64,000 nt of DNA from an uncultured Gemmatimonadales bacterium (GTDB taxonomy: Bacteria > Gemmatimonadota > Gemmatimonadetes > Gemmatimonadales > GWC2-71-9): contig CAWGJN010000001.1 of assembly GCA_963822925.1 (NCBI GenBank), positions 217,622 through 281,621 on the forward strand, read 5' to 3'. The translations under genes and the position numbers were made by a program. The notes under the pieces are model-generated. The model was not told the origin of the DNA, did not search any database, and was given only the letters and a program-made list of their open reading frames with translations. Below are positions 40,360 to 51,361 of the stretch, in pieces; positions within the stretch are counted from its first letter, which is position 1, and each line of letters opens with the position of its first letter.

Positions 40360-41052
40360 ATGGCAACCCTCGCATTGTCGCCCATCGGGCACGAGCTGCT
40401 GGATGATCCCGGCGCGGACCCGGCGATTGTCACCGAGTCCTTCCGCAACCTGGCCCGCTCCAACTGGTGGTTCGGCGGCGCCGCGGCGGTGCGCTTCGGG
40501 CTGGCCCAGTTGATCCCTCGTGCGGCCCGCGGAACATCGCTCACGCTGCTCGACATCGGCACCGGGGTGGGCGACCTGCCCTGCAGTGCCGCGCGATGGG
40601 CGGCGCCGCGGGGCGTGCGGCTGCGCAGTGTCGGCCTGGAGCGCAGTCGCGTCGCCGCGTCGCTGGCGCGGCGGGGCGGATTGCCGAGCGTGGTCGGATG
40701 TGCCGGCGCACTGCCCTTCCGGGCCCGCAGCGTGGACATCGTGATGATGAGCCAGTTGATCCATCACCTGTCGCGCGACGCCGCCGTCGAGGTCATACGC
40801 GCCGCCGACCGCATCGCGCGCGTCGGGGTCGTTCTCGCCGACCTGCGGCGGAGCTCCCTGGCCGCGTTCGGTTTTCACATAGCGTCCGGGCTGCTCGGAT
40901 TCGACGCCGCCACCAGGGCCGATGGAGTCACCTCGGTGCGTCGGGGGTACCTGCCTCATGAACTCTCGGCGATGCTGCGCGACGCGGGAGTGACAGCGTC
41001 GGTGCGACGCCGGCCCGGCTTCCGGCTCGTCGCCGCGTGGCGCCCGAGCTGA
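40360..41052 (+). CDS. SAM-dependent methyltransferase
   Basis: ORF, 230 aa. Motif I LLDIGTGVGDL. Class I methyltransferase layout. Confidence 0.75.
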   Translation: MATLALSPIGHELLDDPGADPAIVTESFRNLARSNWWFGGAAAVRFGLAQLIPRAARGTSLTLLDIGTGVGDLPCSAARWAAPRGVRLRSVGLERSRVAASLARRGGLPSVVGCAGALPFRARSVDIVMMSQLIHHLSRDAAVEVIRAADRIARVGVVLADLRRSSLAAFGFHIASGLLGFDAATRADGVTSVRRGYLPHELSAMLRDAGVTASVRRRPGFRLVAAWRPS

Positions 41053-41528
41053 TGCGCACGGTCGACCGCGCCGTCATCCGCGCCCCAATGAACGACGCCT
41101 TTCGCGCCGCGTGGGATGTGGAACGCTGGCCCGAGCTGCTGCCCCACTACCGCTGGGTGCGCTTCCTCGACCGGCGGAACGATGGCGGCATGGTGGAGAT
41201 GTCCGCGAACCGTCCCTTCGGCCCTTTCGACTGGCCCACCTGGTGGGTGTCGGAGATGTGGATCGAGCCAGGCCGAAACGCCGTGCGCTATCGGCACGTC
41301 CGGGGCGTCACCAGCGGCATGGACGTCGAGTGGACGTTGCGGGACACCGCCGAGGGCGTGGATGTCTCGATCGTGCATGAATGGAGCGGCCCGTCATGGC
41401 CGCTCATCCGCCAGCCGGCCGCGGAGTGGGTAATCGGTCCGGTATTCGTGCATGGCATTGCGAGCCGCACGCTCGCCGGCCTCAAGCGCGCGATAGAGAG
41501 CGGAGCACAGGTGAAAGGAAAGACGTGA
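41052..41528 (+). CDS. SRPBCC-superfamily protein (polyketide cyclase/dehydrase and lipid-transport fold)
   Basis: ORF 41037..41528; ATG 41052 shares one base with the previous stop. The pattern VDRAVIRAPMNDAFRAAWDVERWPELLPHY...W is typical of SRPBCC/START-like proteins. Confidence 0.65.
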   Translation: MRTVDRAVIRAPMNDAFRAAWDVERWPELLPHYRWVRFLDRRNDGGMVEMSANRPFGPFDWPTWWVSEMWIEPGRNAVRYRHVRGVTSGMDVEWTLRDTAEGVDVSIVHEWSGPSWPLIRQPAAEWVIGPVFVHGIASRTLAGLKRAIESGAQVKGKT

Positions 41529-42772
41529 AGCCCAGGCGAGTCGTTATTACGGGCATCGGTGTCGTGACGCCGATAGGTACCGGGCGTGAAGCATTCTGGG
41601 AGGGGTTGCAGGGGCGAGTGTCGGCCGTGGGCCCGATCACGCGCTTCGACCCCTCGCCATTCCGCACCCGGATGGCGGGCGAGGTGCCTGACTTCCGCCC
41701 AGAGGATCACATCGAGGCCCGGCGGGTTCGCCGCTTCGACCGGTTTGCCCAGTTCGCAGTCGCGGCCACGCGCCTCGCCCTGGTCGACGCCGCAATCGAC
41801 CTGGCCCGCGAGGACGGCGAGCGGATCGGGTCGAGCATGGGAACGGCGCTCGCCGGGGTCGCCCGCGCCGAGGAGGAGCACGGCAATTACATGCGGGGCG
41901 GGCTTCGGGCGGTGGATCCGTCGCTGGCACTGGCCGTCTTCGGCGGGGCCGCGAGCTGCAACGTGGCCATCGAGTTCGGTCTCTCGGGGCCCAACACCAC
42001 GAACGGGATGAGCTGCGCCTCCGGCAGCATGGCCATCGGCGACGGCTTCCGTTCCATCGTCCGTGGCGACGCCGACATGATGGTGAGTGGCGGCACCGAG
42101 GCACCACTCGCCCCACTCTGTTTCGGCGCGTTCGCCGTAATCCGCGCGATGTCGACCCGCAACGATGATCCCGCCACCGCGAGCCGGCCGTTCGACCGAG
42201 AGCGGGACGGCTTCGTCATGGCGGAGGGCGCGGCGGTGCTGGTGCTGGAGGAGCGGGAGCGCGCACTCTCACGGGGCGCGCCGATCTACGCCGAGGTCTG
42301 CGGTTACGGCGTCACCAACGATGCTCATCACATGACGCAGCCGCGGCCCGACGGACGCCAGGCCTCGCGCGCCATGGCCCTCGCCCTGGCCGAGGCGCAC
42401 GTGGCGCCGGGCGAGATCGGCTACATCAACGCGCACGGCTCCTCGACCCCGCTCAACGACCCGACCGAGACGAGCGCGATCAAGCAGTTGTTCGGGGAGC
42501 ATGCGAGGGGCGTGGCGATCAGCGGAACCAAGGGGTACTACGGCCACGCACTCGGCGCGAGCGGCGCCTTCGAGGCGGCTATCTGCGCGCTGGCGAGCCA
42601 GCGCCGCTGGCTGCCCCCGACGGTCAACCTCACCACACCTGATCCGGCCTGCGATCTCTCCTACATCGCCGGGGAGGGACAGCTCGCCGACCCCGAATAC
42701 CTGCTCAGCAATTCATTCGGCTTTGGCGGGATCAACGCGGCGCTGGTATTTCGCCGACACGACGGCAGATAG
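41525..42772 (+). CDS. Beta-ketoacyl synthase, KAS II (FabF-like), catalytic Cys-His-His present
   Basis: ORF 41381..42772 trimmed to GTG 41525, which overlaps the previous stop. RRVVITGIGVVTPIG, NGMSCASGSMAIG (Cys), NDAHHMTQP (His), YINAHGSSTPLND (His) and GTKGYYGHALGASG. Confidence 0.9.
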   Translation: MKPRRVVITGIGVVTPIGTGREAFWEGLQGRVSAVGPITRFDPSPFRTRMAGEVPDFRPEDHIEARRVRRFDRFAQFAVAATRLALVDAAIDLAREDGERIGSSMGTALAGVARAEEEHGNYMRGGLRAVDPSLALAVFGGAASCNVAIEFGLSGPNTTNGMSCASGSMAIGDGFRSIVRGDADMMVSGGTEAPLAPLCFGAFAVIRAMSTRNDDPATASRPFDRERDGFVMAEGAAVLVLEERERALSRGAPIYAEVCGYGVTNDAHHMTQPRPDGRQASRAMALALAEAHVAPGEIGYINAHGSSTPLNDPTETSAIKQLFGEHARGVAISGTKGYYGHALGASGAFEAAICALASQRRWLPPTVNLTTPDPACDLSYIAGEGQLADPEYLLSNSFGFGGINAALVFRRHDGR

Positions 42773-42794
42773 ACTGCAGCGTGCACCGCAAATG

Positions 42795-42857
42795 GTGAAC
42801 GGTGAACTGGAGCACTGCCACCCGCTCACCGTTCACGGTTCACGGTTCACGGTTCAC
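42795..42857. repeat. Inverted heptad-repeat element (GTGAACS units), copy 1
   Basis: Left arm GTGAACG GTGAACT (42795-42808), a 14-nt spacer, then right arm CGCTCAC CGTTCAC GGTTCAC GGTTCAC GGTTCAC (42823-42857). It lies between the convergent KAS II and ccmD/ccmC genes and can fold as a hairpin. Confidence 0.7.
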
Positions 42858-42981
42858 GCTTTTCTTCGTTCCTCGCCCTCAGCATCAGCGTCAACGAGTA
42901 TCCTAGCAAGACCACGGCCACGATCGTGTACGCCACCAGCATGTAGCCTCCGTTGTCGGGCGGCTCAGGCAGCAGGAACAT
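42847..42981 (-). CDS. ccmD: Heme exporter protein D (CcmD)-like small membrane protein, 44 aa
   Basis: Below the ORF-track size cutoff. Manual translation gives MFLLPEPPDNGGYMLVAYTIVAVVLLGYSLTLMLRARNEEKREP. One TM helix followed by basic residues. It overlaps the ccmC stop by 17 nt and sits in the canonical ccmABCD position. Confidence 0.55.
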   Translation of the reverse strand: MFLLPEPPDNGGYMLVAYTIVAVVLLGYSLTLMLRARNEEKREP

Positions 42982-43723
42982 GGCGCGCCTCCCGAAGTTC
43001 GCGCAGCCGTCCCAGGCCGTAGCGCATCGTCACCAGCCCCAGGTAGAGCAGCGTGAACGCGGAGAGTGAGAAGAGCAGCGTGGCCACGAACGACCCCGGC
43101 ATGGTCGGGCCTTCGGGATTGAGCACCACGGGCCGTGGATGAATGGTGCGGAACATGTAGACGCTGAGGTGGATGAAGGGCACCAGCATGGCGCCGAGGA
43201 TGCCCACCACCGCGCTGTAGCGCGCGCGTTCCGCCGGGTCGAACATCGTGCGACGCAGCGTCAGGTAGCCCACAAACAGGAAGAACAGGAAAAGCGTGGA
43301 GGTGAGCCGGGGCTCCCACTGCCACCAGGTGCCCCAGATCGGCTTGCCCCACAGCGGCCCGGTGATGAGCACCAGTCCCGTCAGCACCACGCCCACCTCC
43401 GCCGATGCCTCGGCGAAGGTGTCGAGCCGCCGGTCGCCCAGCCACAGGTACAGCCCGCTGCAGATGCCCACGAGCCCGAATGCGAGGAAAGCGCACCATG
43501 CCGAGGGCACATGCACATACATGATCTTCTGCGCCAGCCCCTGCACCGCCTCCACCGGGGTGAACGAAATGGCCCGCGCATAGGCCGCCGCGACGCCCAC
43601 GAGCCCGATGACGGTGAGCACGCGCCCGGTCGCGAGCGCGCGGCGGGCTGCCACGCGTGAATCGCTACTCGTCAAAGAGGGCGGGAAAGACGAGGACACT
43701 GAGTGTGACGAAGGTGATGTCAT
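42965..43723 (-). CDS. ccmC: Heme exporter protein C (CcmC)
   Basis: ORF, 252 aa. VEAVQGLAQKIMYVHVPSAW and the tryptophan-rich WGKPIWGTWWQWEPRL (WWD-type motif). The true start may be internal (TTG 43675 or GTG 43654), because the ORF start overlaps ccmB by 59 nt. Confidence 0.85.
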   Translation of the reverse strand: MTSPSSHSVSSSFPPSLTSSDSRVAARRALATGRVLTVIGLVGVAAAYARAISFTPVEAVQGLAQKIMYVHVPSAWCAFLAFGLVGICSGLYLWLGDRRLDTFAEASAEVGVVLTGLVLITGPLWGKPIWGTWWQWEPRLTSTLFLFFLFVGYLTLRRTMFDPAERARYSAVVGILGAMLVPFIHLSVYMFRTIHPRPVVLNPEGPTMPGSFVATLLFSLSAFTLLYLGLVTMRYGLGRLRELREARHVPAA

Positions 43724-44357
43724 AGACCAGGAGAAGGCGGAGCCAGCCTGCGCTCTCGATGAGAGGCCGCCCGTTCAGCAGCGCCGCGGTGACCTGCGCC
43801 GCGCCGGCGAGCGGCGGCAGCATGAACGGCAGCAGGAGCACGGGCAGCATCAATTCGTTGAACCGCACCCGCGCGGTGAGGGCGCTGAACACGGTGCCCA
43901 CCGCCACGAACCCGACCGTCGCCAGCACGGCCACCAGCAGGATGCCCGGCAGCGCGCCCTTCAGGCTCACGTTGAAGAATAGCACGAAGAGCGGCAAGGT
44001 GATGCCTTCCACCACGAACACGAAGGCCAGGTTGCCGAGGAACTTTCCGAGGAACAGCGCTTCGCGCGGCACCGGGGCCAGGAGCAGGCCGTCGAGCGCG
44101 CCGTGCTCGAGTTCCACCGAAAATGCGCGCGACAGCGCCGTCATCGCGGCGAAGGCACAGGTGATCCAGAAGGCACTGGGCGCCAGCTGCTCGGCCCGCA
44201 ACGCGGTCGGGTCGCGCGCGAAGTTGAAGATCACGAGGATGAGGGCGGCGAACACCACGGCCGACACGAGCGCGGTGCGGCGCCGGAGTTCTGAACGCAG
44301 GTCTTTTCCCGCGATGATGAGGCCCGCGGCGATCGTTCCGGGCAGGCTGGACCTCAC
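43665..44357 (-). CDS. ccmB: Heme exporter protein B (CcmB)
   Basis: ORF, 230 aa. Six hydrophobic helices. IIAGKDLRSELRRRTALVS... is typical of CcmB. The start overlaps the ccmA stop. Confidence 0.85.
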   Translation of the reverse strand: MRSSLPGTIAAGLIIAGKDLRSELRRRTALVSAVVFAALILVIFNFARDPTALRAEQLAPSAFWITCAFAAMTALSRAFSVELEHGALDGLLLAPVPREALFLGKFLGNLAFVFVVEGITLPLFVLFFNVSLKGALPGILLVAVLATVGFVAVGTVFSALTARVRFNELMLPVLLLPFMLPPLAGAAQVTAALLNGRPLIESAGWLRLLLVYDITFVTLSVLVFPALFDE

Positions 44358-45028
44358 GCGGCCGCGATCCCGATGCTGCCTGCGTGGAGCGCGAGCACGC
44401 GCGAGGCGACGTCCCGCGCTTCATGCACCTGGTGCGTCACGATGATGGTGCCGAGACCTGCAGGACGGCGTGCGGCAAGCAGTGATGTGAGGCGTCCCGT
44501 CGCCGCGGCATCGAGCCCGGTGAACGGTTCGTCCAGCAGCAGGAGCCGCGGCGCATGCAGGAGCGCGCGCGCCAGGGCCGCGCGCTGGATCAGGCCGCGA
44601 CTGAGCGTGCGCGGCGAGTCGCCGGCGCGGGCAAGGAGCTCCACCTGGTCCAGCGCCTCGCGGGCGACCCTGCGCGGTTCGTGCAGGCCATGCAGCCGCG
44701 CCACGAACTCGAGGTTCTCCTGCAGGGTGAGGTCGTCATAGAGCATCGCGCGATGTGAGAGGAGCCCGATCGCGGCACGACTCTGCGGGTCTGCCGTGCG
44801 CACCGCGAGGCCGTCGAGCAGCACCGTGCCGGCGGAAGGGCGCAGCAATCCCGCGAGAATCCGGAGCAGCGTAGTCTTTCCCACGCCGTTGGGGCCGATC
44901 ACCGCAATGGTCTCGCCTTCCGCAAGCGTAAGGTCGACCCCGTCGAGCACCAACCGTTCGCCAAAGCTGCGGCGCAGGCCGGTGGCCTGGAGCAGCGGAC
45001 CCTGGTTGCGGGAATTGGCGTCGGTCAC
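44354..45028 (-). CDS. ccmA: Cytochrome c biogenesis ABC ATPase CcmA
   Basis: ORF, 224 aa. Walker A GPNGVGKTTLLRILAG, signature LSRGLIQRAALARAL, Walker B LLLDEPFTGLD. Confidence 0.85.
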   Translation of the reverse strand: MTDANSRNQGPLLQATGLRRSFGERLVLDGVDLTLAEGETIAVIGPNGVGKTTLLRILAGLLRPSAGTVLLDGLAVRTADPQSRAAIGLLSHRAMLYDDLTLQENLEFVARLHGLHEPRRVAREALDQVELLARAGDSPRTLSRGLIQRAALARALLHAPRLLLLDEPFTGLDAAATGRLTSLLAARRPAGLGTIIVTHQVHEARDVASRVLALHAGSIGIAAA

Positions 45029-45185
45029 GGCGGGAGACTAATGGCCGCTCGCCGCGCCGTCTACCGGCAGCGGCAACCTGCCGCCGTGCCGCTCATGAAA
45101 ACGATGACAGGCCGGAGCGGGGCGTTGCCAGACCTCGTTCCGACCTGCCACCGGGACGACGCAGCTTGCGCTGCGCCGCCGTCTC

Positions 45186-45500
45186 TCAGACCCCTGCGGG
45201 TTCGAACTCGAAGAGCATGCTGAGCTTCGTGATGTTGAGCAGGAAACGGAGTTCGTCGCTCGGATTCTCGAGGACGACTGCCTGCCGTCGTTCTGCGGCC
45301 CGGCGCTGCACCAGCATCAGTGCGCCGAGACCTGCGGAATCCACGTGTCCTGTGGCAGCGAGATCGACGATGAGCCGGCCCTCACCCTCAGGCATCGACT
45401 CGAGGAGCTCGAAAGCTCCAGTGCGGAATGCGACTCGTGTGTCGAGACCCAGGGTCTCGGGTGCAGCCATCTCCCGTACGAACTGAGGTGTGGATCGCAT
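45186..45500 (-). CDS. STAS-domain protein (anti-sigma-factor antagonist-like)
   Basis: ORF 45186..45545 trimmed to ATG 45500. LIVDLAATGHVDSAGLGALMLVQRRA is the STAS/SpoIIAA-type core. Confidence 0.65.
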   Translation of the reverse strand: MRSTPQFVREMAAPETLGLDTRVAFRTGAFELLESMPEGEGRLIVDLAATGHVDSAGLGALMLVQRRAAERRQAVVLENPSDELRFLLNITKLSMLFEFEPAGV

Positions 45501-45877
45501 GATTCTGCTCCCACACCCGATAAGGAAACCCGCGGTTGCCCGCAAATTTCTCCACCTTCGGCACCGAGCTATCTCGCGAACCGCCGTAGTGCGGTACAGT
45601 CGAGACCTCTAGTTTTGCGGCCCCGGATCACTCCGGGTGTGCTCTTATCGGGCGGATCAGGTTCAATTGTCGGGACGACGCTGCGTCCCGTCCCATGACA
45701 TAGCGAGACTGATGCCACGTTTGCCAGGTGCCTATATTCACACGACTTGGCTCCTCCGCTGCAGCGCGCCGCACCGAGTTTCGCGGATTTCTCCGGCAGA
45801 CCGCCAAGCAACGCTCTGCACGTACCTGTGCGGAAACTTGCACTTTCGCGTTTCTACCTTCTCCAGAGACGCCCGTC

Positions 45878-47833
<1,956 letters not shown>

Positions 47834-47834
47834 C

Positions 47835-49811
47835 TCAGAACTGGATCTGGGCGCCGAGCTCCACCACCCGGTTTGGTGGAAGCTGGAAGAAGGCGGTGGC
47901 CGATTGTGCGTTGCGCGCCATCAGGGCGAAGAGCTTCTTGCGCCACCGCGGCATGCCGGGAAGCCCGCCGATCCCCTCGCCCGATGATGAGGCGGAGCGC
48001 GGCGGCGCGCCCGGCTTCGCCTTCGGCTTGGGCAGGACGATGAGCGTCTCCCGCCCCAGGTAGAAACTCGTGTCCGCGGTGCGGAAGGTGGCGGTATCCT
48101 TTCCCCCGCTGCGCAATTCGTCCGACAACTGCAGCAGCGCGAGGGGCACGTCGGGCGTTTCCATGAAGCCATAGTGCGCCTTCACCAGGTAGAACCCTTC
48201 CCCCAGTGACTCGCTCTCGATGCGTTCGGCCGCCGGCACCAGCGGGATGTCGTTGGTGGCCACAGACATGATCACCACGCGCTCATGCAGGACCTTGTTG
48301 TGCTTCAGGTGGTGCAGCAGCACCGGGGGCGCGCCCGAGGCTTCCGAGGTGAGGAACACCGCAGTGCCGGGCACGCGCGGCGGCTTGCGCCGAGCGATGT
48401 CGGGAAGGAAGAGGTCGAACGGGAGGGTGTTCTCCTTCACGATCGCCCAGAGGCGCCGGCGCCCCACGCTCCACGTGGTCATGAGCAGGTAGATCACGGC
48501 CGCAATCACCAGCGGGATCCACCCCCCGCTCGCCACCTTCACCAGGTTGGCGCCGAAGAAGCCGAGGTCGACCACCAGGAACAGGAGCGCCAGCGCTCCC
48601 GACACTGCGACGGGCCAGTGCCACCGCTCGCGCGTCACCGTGTGGAAGAGGAGCGTGGTGATGATCATGGTGCCGGTGACCGCGATGCCGTACGCCCCGG
48701 CCAGCGCTGTCGAGCTCCGCATCCCCAGCACCAGCGCGATGCAGCCGATGCAGAGAAGGGCGTTCACCTGCGGGATGTAGATCTGCCCCGATTCCCGGGC
48801 GGAGGTGTGCTGGATGGTGACCCGCGGCGAATAGCCCAGCTGGACCGCCTGCTGCGTCAGCGAGAAGGCACCCGAGATGAGCGCCTGTGACGCAACGACC
48901 GCCGCCGCGGTGGCGATGGCGACCATCGGATACAGTGCCCATCCCGGCACCAGCGCATAAAAGGGATTGTGCAGCGCGTCAGGATGATGCAGCAGCCACG
49001 CGGACTGGCCGAAGTAGTTGAGCAGCAGCGCTGGCAGCGCCACGGCGAACCACGCGAGGCGGATCGGCCGGCGACCGAAGTGCCCCATGTCGGCGTAGAG
49101 CGCCTCGGCGCCGGTGACCACGAGCACGACCGATCCCAGGATGAGGAAGCCGGCCATGCCGTCATCGCGGAAGAACCGGACGGCATGCACCGGGTTGATG
49201 GCGGCGAGCACGGAGGGATCCTGCATGAGGCCCCGGATGCCGAGCAGTGCGATGCACACGAACCAGATCACCATGATCGGGCCGAACACGGCCCCGACCC
49301 GGGAGGTGCCGGTGCGCTGCACCATGAAGAGCACCAGCAGGATGGCCGCCGACAGATAGGGCACCCAGCCCTCGAAGATGCTGGTGGCCACGGTGAGGCC
49401 CTCCACCGCACCCAGCACCGAGATCGCGGGCGTGATGATGCCGTCGCCATAGAGCAGTGCGGCGCCGAACAGACCCGCCCCGATGAGCACTACGCGCCGC
49501 CGCGTTGCCCGCTGCCCGTGCGGCCGCACCAGGGCGAGGAGCGCCAGGATGCCGCCCTCGCCGCGGTTGTCGGCCCGCAACACGAACGTGATGTACTTGA
49601 AGGAGACCACGAAATTCATGGCCCAGAACACCAGGGACATCACCCCCATCACGTTCTCGCGCGTGGCGGACAACCCGTGCACCGGGTTGAAGCACTCCTT
49701 CAGCGCGTAGAGTGGGCTGGTCCCGATGTCGCCGTAGACGACGCCGAGGGCCCCAAGGGCGAGGAACGCCAGTTCGCTCCTGGAGCGACCGGCGCGGGTA
49801 TCGTGTGTCAC
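47835..49811 (-). CDS. kup: KUP/HAK/KT potassium uptake transporter
   Basis: ORF, 658 aa. GALGVVYGDIGTSPLYALKECF signature. 12 TM helices plus a cytosolic C-terminal domain. Confidence 0.9.
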   Translation of the reverse strand: MTHDTRAGRSRSELAFLALGALGVVYGDIGTSPLYALKECFNPVHGLSATRENVMGVMSLVFWAMNFVVSFKYITFVLRADNRGEGGILALLALVRPHGQRATRRRVVLIGAGLFGAALLYGDGIITPAISVLGAVEGLTVATSIFEGWVPYLSAAILLVLFMVQRTGTSRVGAVFGPIMVIWFVCIALLGIRGLMQDPSVLAAINPVHAVRFFRDDGMAGFLILGSVVLVVTGAEALYADMGHFGRRPIRLAWFAVALPALLLNYFGQSAWLLHHPDALHNPFYALVPGWALYPMVAIATAAAVVASQALISGAFSLTQQAVQLGYSPRVTIQHTSARESGQIYIPQVNALLCIGCIALVLGMRSSTALAGAYGIAVTGTMIITTLLFHTVTRERWHWPVAVSGALALLFLVVDLGFFGANLVKVASGGWIPLVIAAVIYLLMTTWSVGRRRLWAIVKENTLPFDLFLPDIARRKPPRVPGTAVFLTSEASGAPPVLLHHLKHNKVLHERVVIMSVATNDIPLVPAAERIESESLGEGFYLVKAHYGFMETPDVPLALLQLSDELRSGGKDTATFRTADTSFYLGRETLIVLPKPKAKPGAPPRSASSSGEGIGGLPGMPRWRKKLFALMARNAQSATAFFQLPPNRVVELGAQIQF

Positions 49812-49836
49812 GAAAGCAGGCGGGGCCGGCCTCGGC

Positions 49837-50532
49837 TCACTGGGTGGGTGCGGCCGGCAGCGGGGCGATCGAGTCTACGATGTGCTTCAGCATGTCGTAC
49901 GGAATGCCGCCGCTCGTCATGCGCCCGCCGATCACGAACGTGGGCGTCGACGGGACCTTCAGCCTCATGCCCTCGTCGAAGCTTGCCTGGATGCGTCCGG
50001 CATACTTCGCGCTTTGCATGCACGCGTCGTACTTCCCCATGTCGATACCCAGCGGTTTGGCCAGGTTGTGCAGCTCGCTCACCGCGTCGGACTGGAAGGC
50101 CCAGTCGTTCTGCGCCTCATAGATGAACCGATGCATCTCCCAGTACTTGCCCTGCTCATCGGCGCAGGCCGCGGCATGCGCCGCGAGTCGCGCCTGCGGA
50201 TGGATGTTGCTGAGCGGAAAGTCGCGATAACGCCAGCGTACCCGGCCGGCGTCGATGAGGCGCTCCTTCACCGTTGGGAACTGTACCGCGTCGAAACCCG
50301 CACAGGCCGGACACTGGTAATCGGCATAGACGGTGACCTCGACCGGCGCACTCGCGCTCCCCAGGATGTACCCGTTGAACCCTGCCGTGTCGCTCACGGC
50401 TATGGTCGCGTCCACCGGAATGCTCACGGCCTTCTTTTGCGACATGAGCAGCATGGCGCCAACGCCGATCACGGCCACAGCCGCGAGCACGACATAGAAC
50501 CGCTTCAATCCGCTGGGCGCGGGCGCCGCCAT
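49837..50532 (-). CDS. DsbA-family thiol:disulfide oxidoreductase, membrane-anchored
   Basis: ORF, 231 aa. N-terminal anchor helix. CPAC active site in YADYQCPACAGF. Confidence 0.8.
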   Translation of the reverse strand: MAAPAPSGLKRFYVVLAAVAVIGVGAMLLMSQKKAVSIPVDATIAVSDTAGFNGYILGSASAPVEVTVYADYQCPACAGFDAVQFPTVKERLIDAGRVRWRYRDFPLSNIHPQARLAAHAAACADEQGKYWEMHRFIYEAQNDWAFQSDAVSELHNLAKPLGIDMGKYDACMQSAKYAGRIQASFDEGMRLKVPSTPTFVIGGRMTSGGIPYDMLKHIVDSIAPLPAAPTQ

Positions 50533-50810
50533 GGCTCTTCGTCCTCCGGGTCTTCGAGGGTAAAGGGGTTGTTCAACGCGTCCTCAACGAGCTGCCGGTG
50601 TTCGGCGATTTCGGGCGTATCATAGGTGCTGCGCACCTCGTAATGGAACAGCTCGCTCCGCGCGTCACCCAGCATGCGCTGCAGCTCGGCGCTCGATGCC
50701 AGCAGGGTGTCCTTCCGGTCCAGCTCCCGGATGAGGTCGGCGAGACGGCGCAGCAGTGCCTTGAGCCGATCGGCCCGCGCGTCATCGTAGAGCTCTTCAT
50801 GCTCCGCCAT
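50505..50810 (-). CDS. Hypothetical acidic protein, 101 aa
   Basis: ORF with coding-like composition. It overlaps the DsbA-like start by 28 nt. No family recognised. Confidence 0.4.
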   Translation of the reverse strand: MAEHEELYDDARADRLKALLRRLADLIRELDRKDTLLASSAELQRMLGDARSELFHYEVRSTYDTPEIAEHRQLVEDALNNPFTLEDPEDEEPWRRPRPAD

Positions 50811-51023
50811 GGACTGCCCTCACCGGACGCGTTCGCGTCCTCTCAGGTGTACGGCGGGGAAATGTATATCGCCCGGCCACGGGACGGGCAAAAGCCACCT
50901 AAGTCACGCTACCGCAGCGGCCTGGGGCACACGCGCAGCGGTTGAGCACGGGGTTTGCACCATATAGTGCTATCCGGTTATAGTTACCGGCGCGAAGTAC
51001 ACGGCTCCAGCATAGGGGAAGGG

Positions 51024-51293
51024 ATGTCCAAGCAGAAGAAGACCCGTAGCACACCGGCAGTTGCTTCCACGCAGGACCAGGCGCGTGACGAGTTGTTCAG
51101 TCACATCCTGCGCTGCGGCGTCATCGAAGCCCTTCCGGAACACCAGAAGGAATGGATGGACGACACCATGCAGTATCTCGCCGAACGGTATGACGACCTG
51201 ACCGACACGGAGCTGACGCAGCTTCGCGAGCTCGGCGAGCGGTACTGCCAGCCGGTACGGCGCAAGGAGACGGCGGGCTCAGGCGCCGCCTGA
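51024..51293 (+). CDS. Hypothetical protein, 89 aa
   Basis: ORF 50955..51293 trimmed to ATG 51024 (MSKQKKTRST...). Followed by a strong hairpin. No family recognised. Confidence 0.4.
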   Translation: MSKQKKTRSTPAVASTQDQARDELFSHILRCGVIEALPEHQKEWMDDTMQYLAERYDDLTDTELTQLRELGERYCQPVRRKETAGSGAA

Positions 51294-51321
51294 TAGCTCC
51301 GCGGTCCCTGCAGGTGATGCG

Positions 51322-51345
51322 CGCCCCGGCAAATCCGCCGGGGCG
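51322..51345. terminator. Bidirectional intrinsic terminator-like hairpin between convergent genes
   Basis: Stem CGCCCCGGC / GCCGGGGCG (9 bp) with a 6-nt loop, followed by TTCATGTTT on the plus strand. Confidence 0.55.
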
Positions 51346-51361
51346 TTCATGTTTACGGGGT

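Noticed and set aside
45690-45745. TATATT with nearby TTGCCA, considered as the acs promoter
   Set aside because: The spacing between the hexamers is only 6 nt, and the alternative -35 (TGATGC at 17 nt) is weak. This is not enough to call a promoter.
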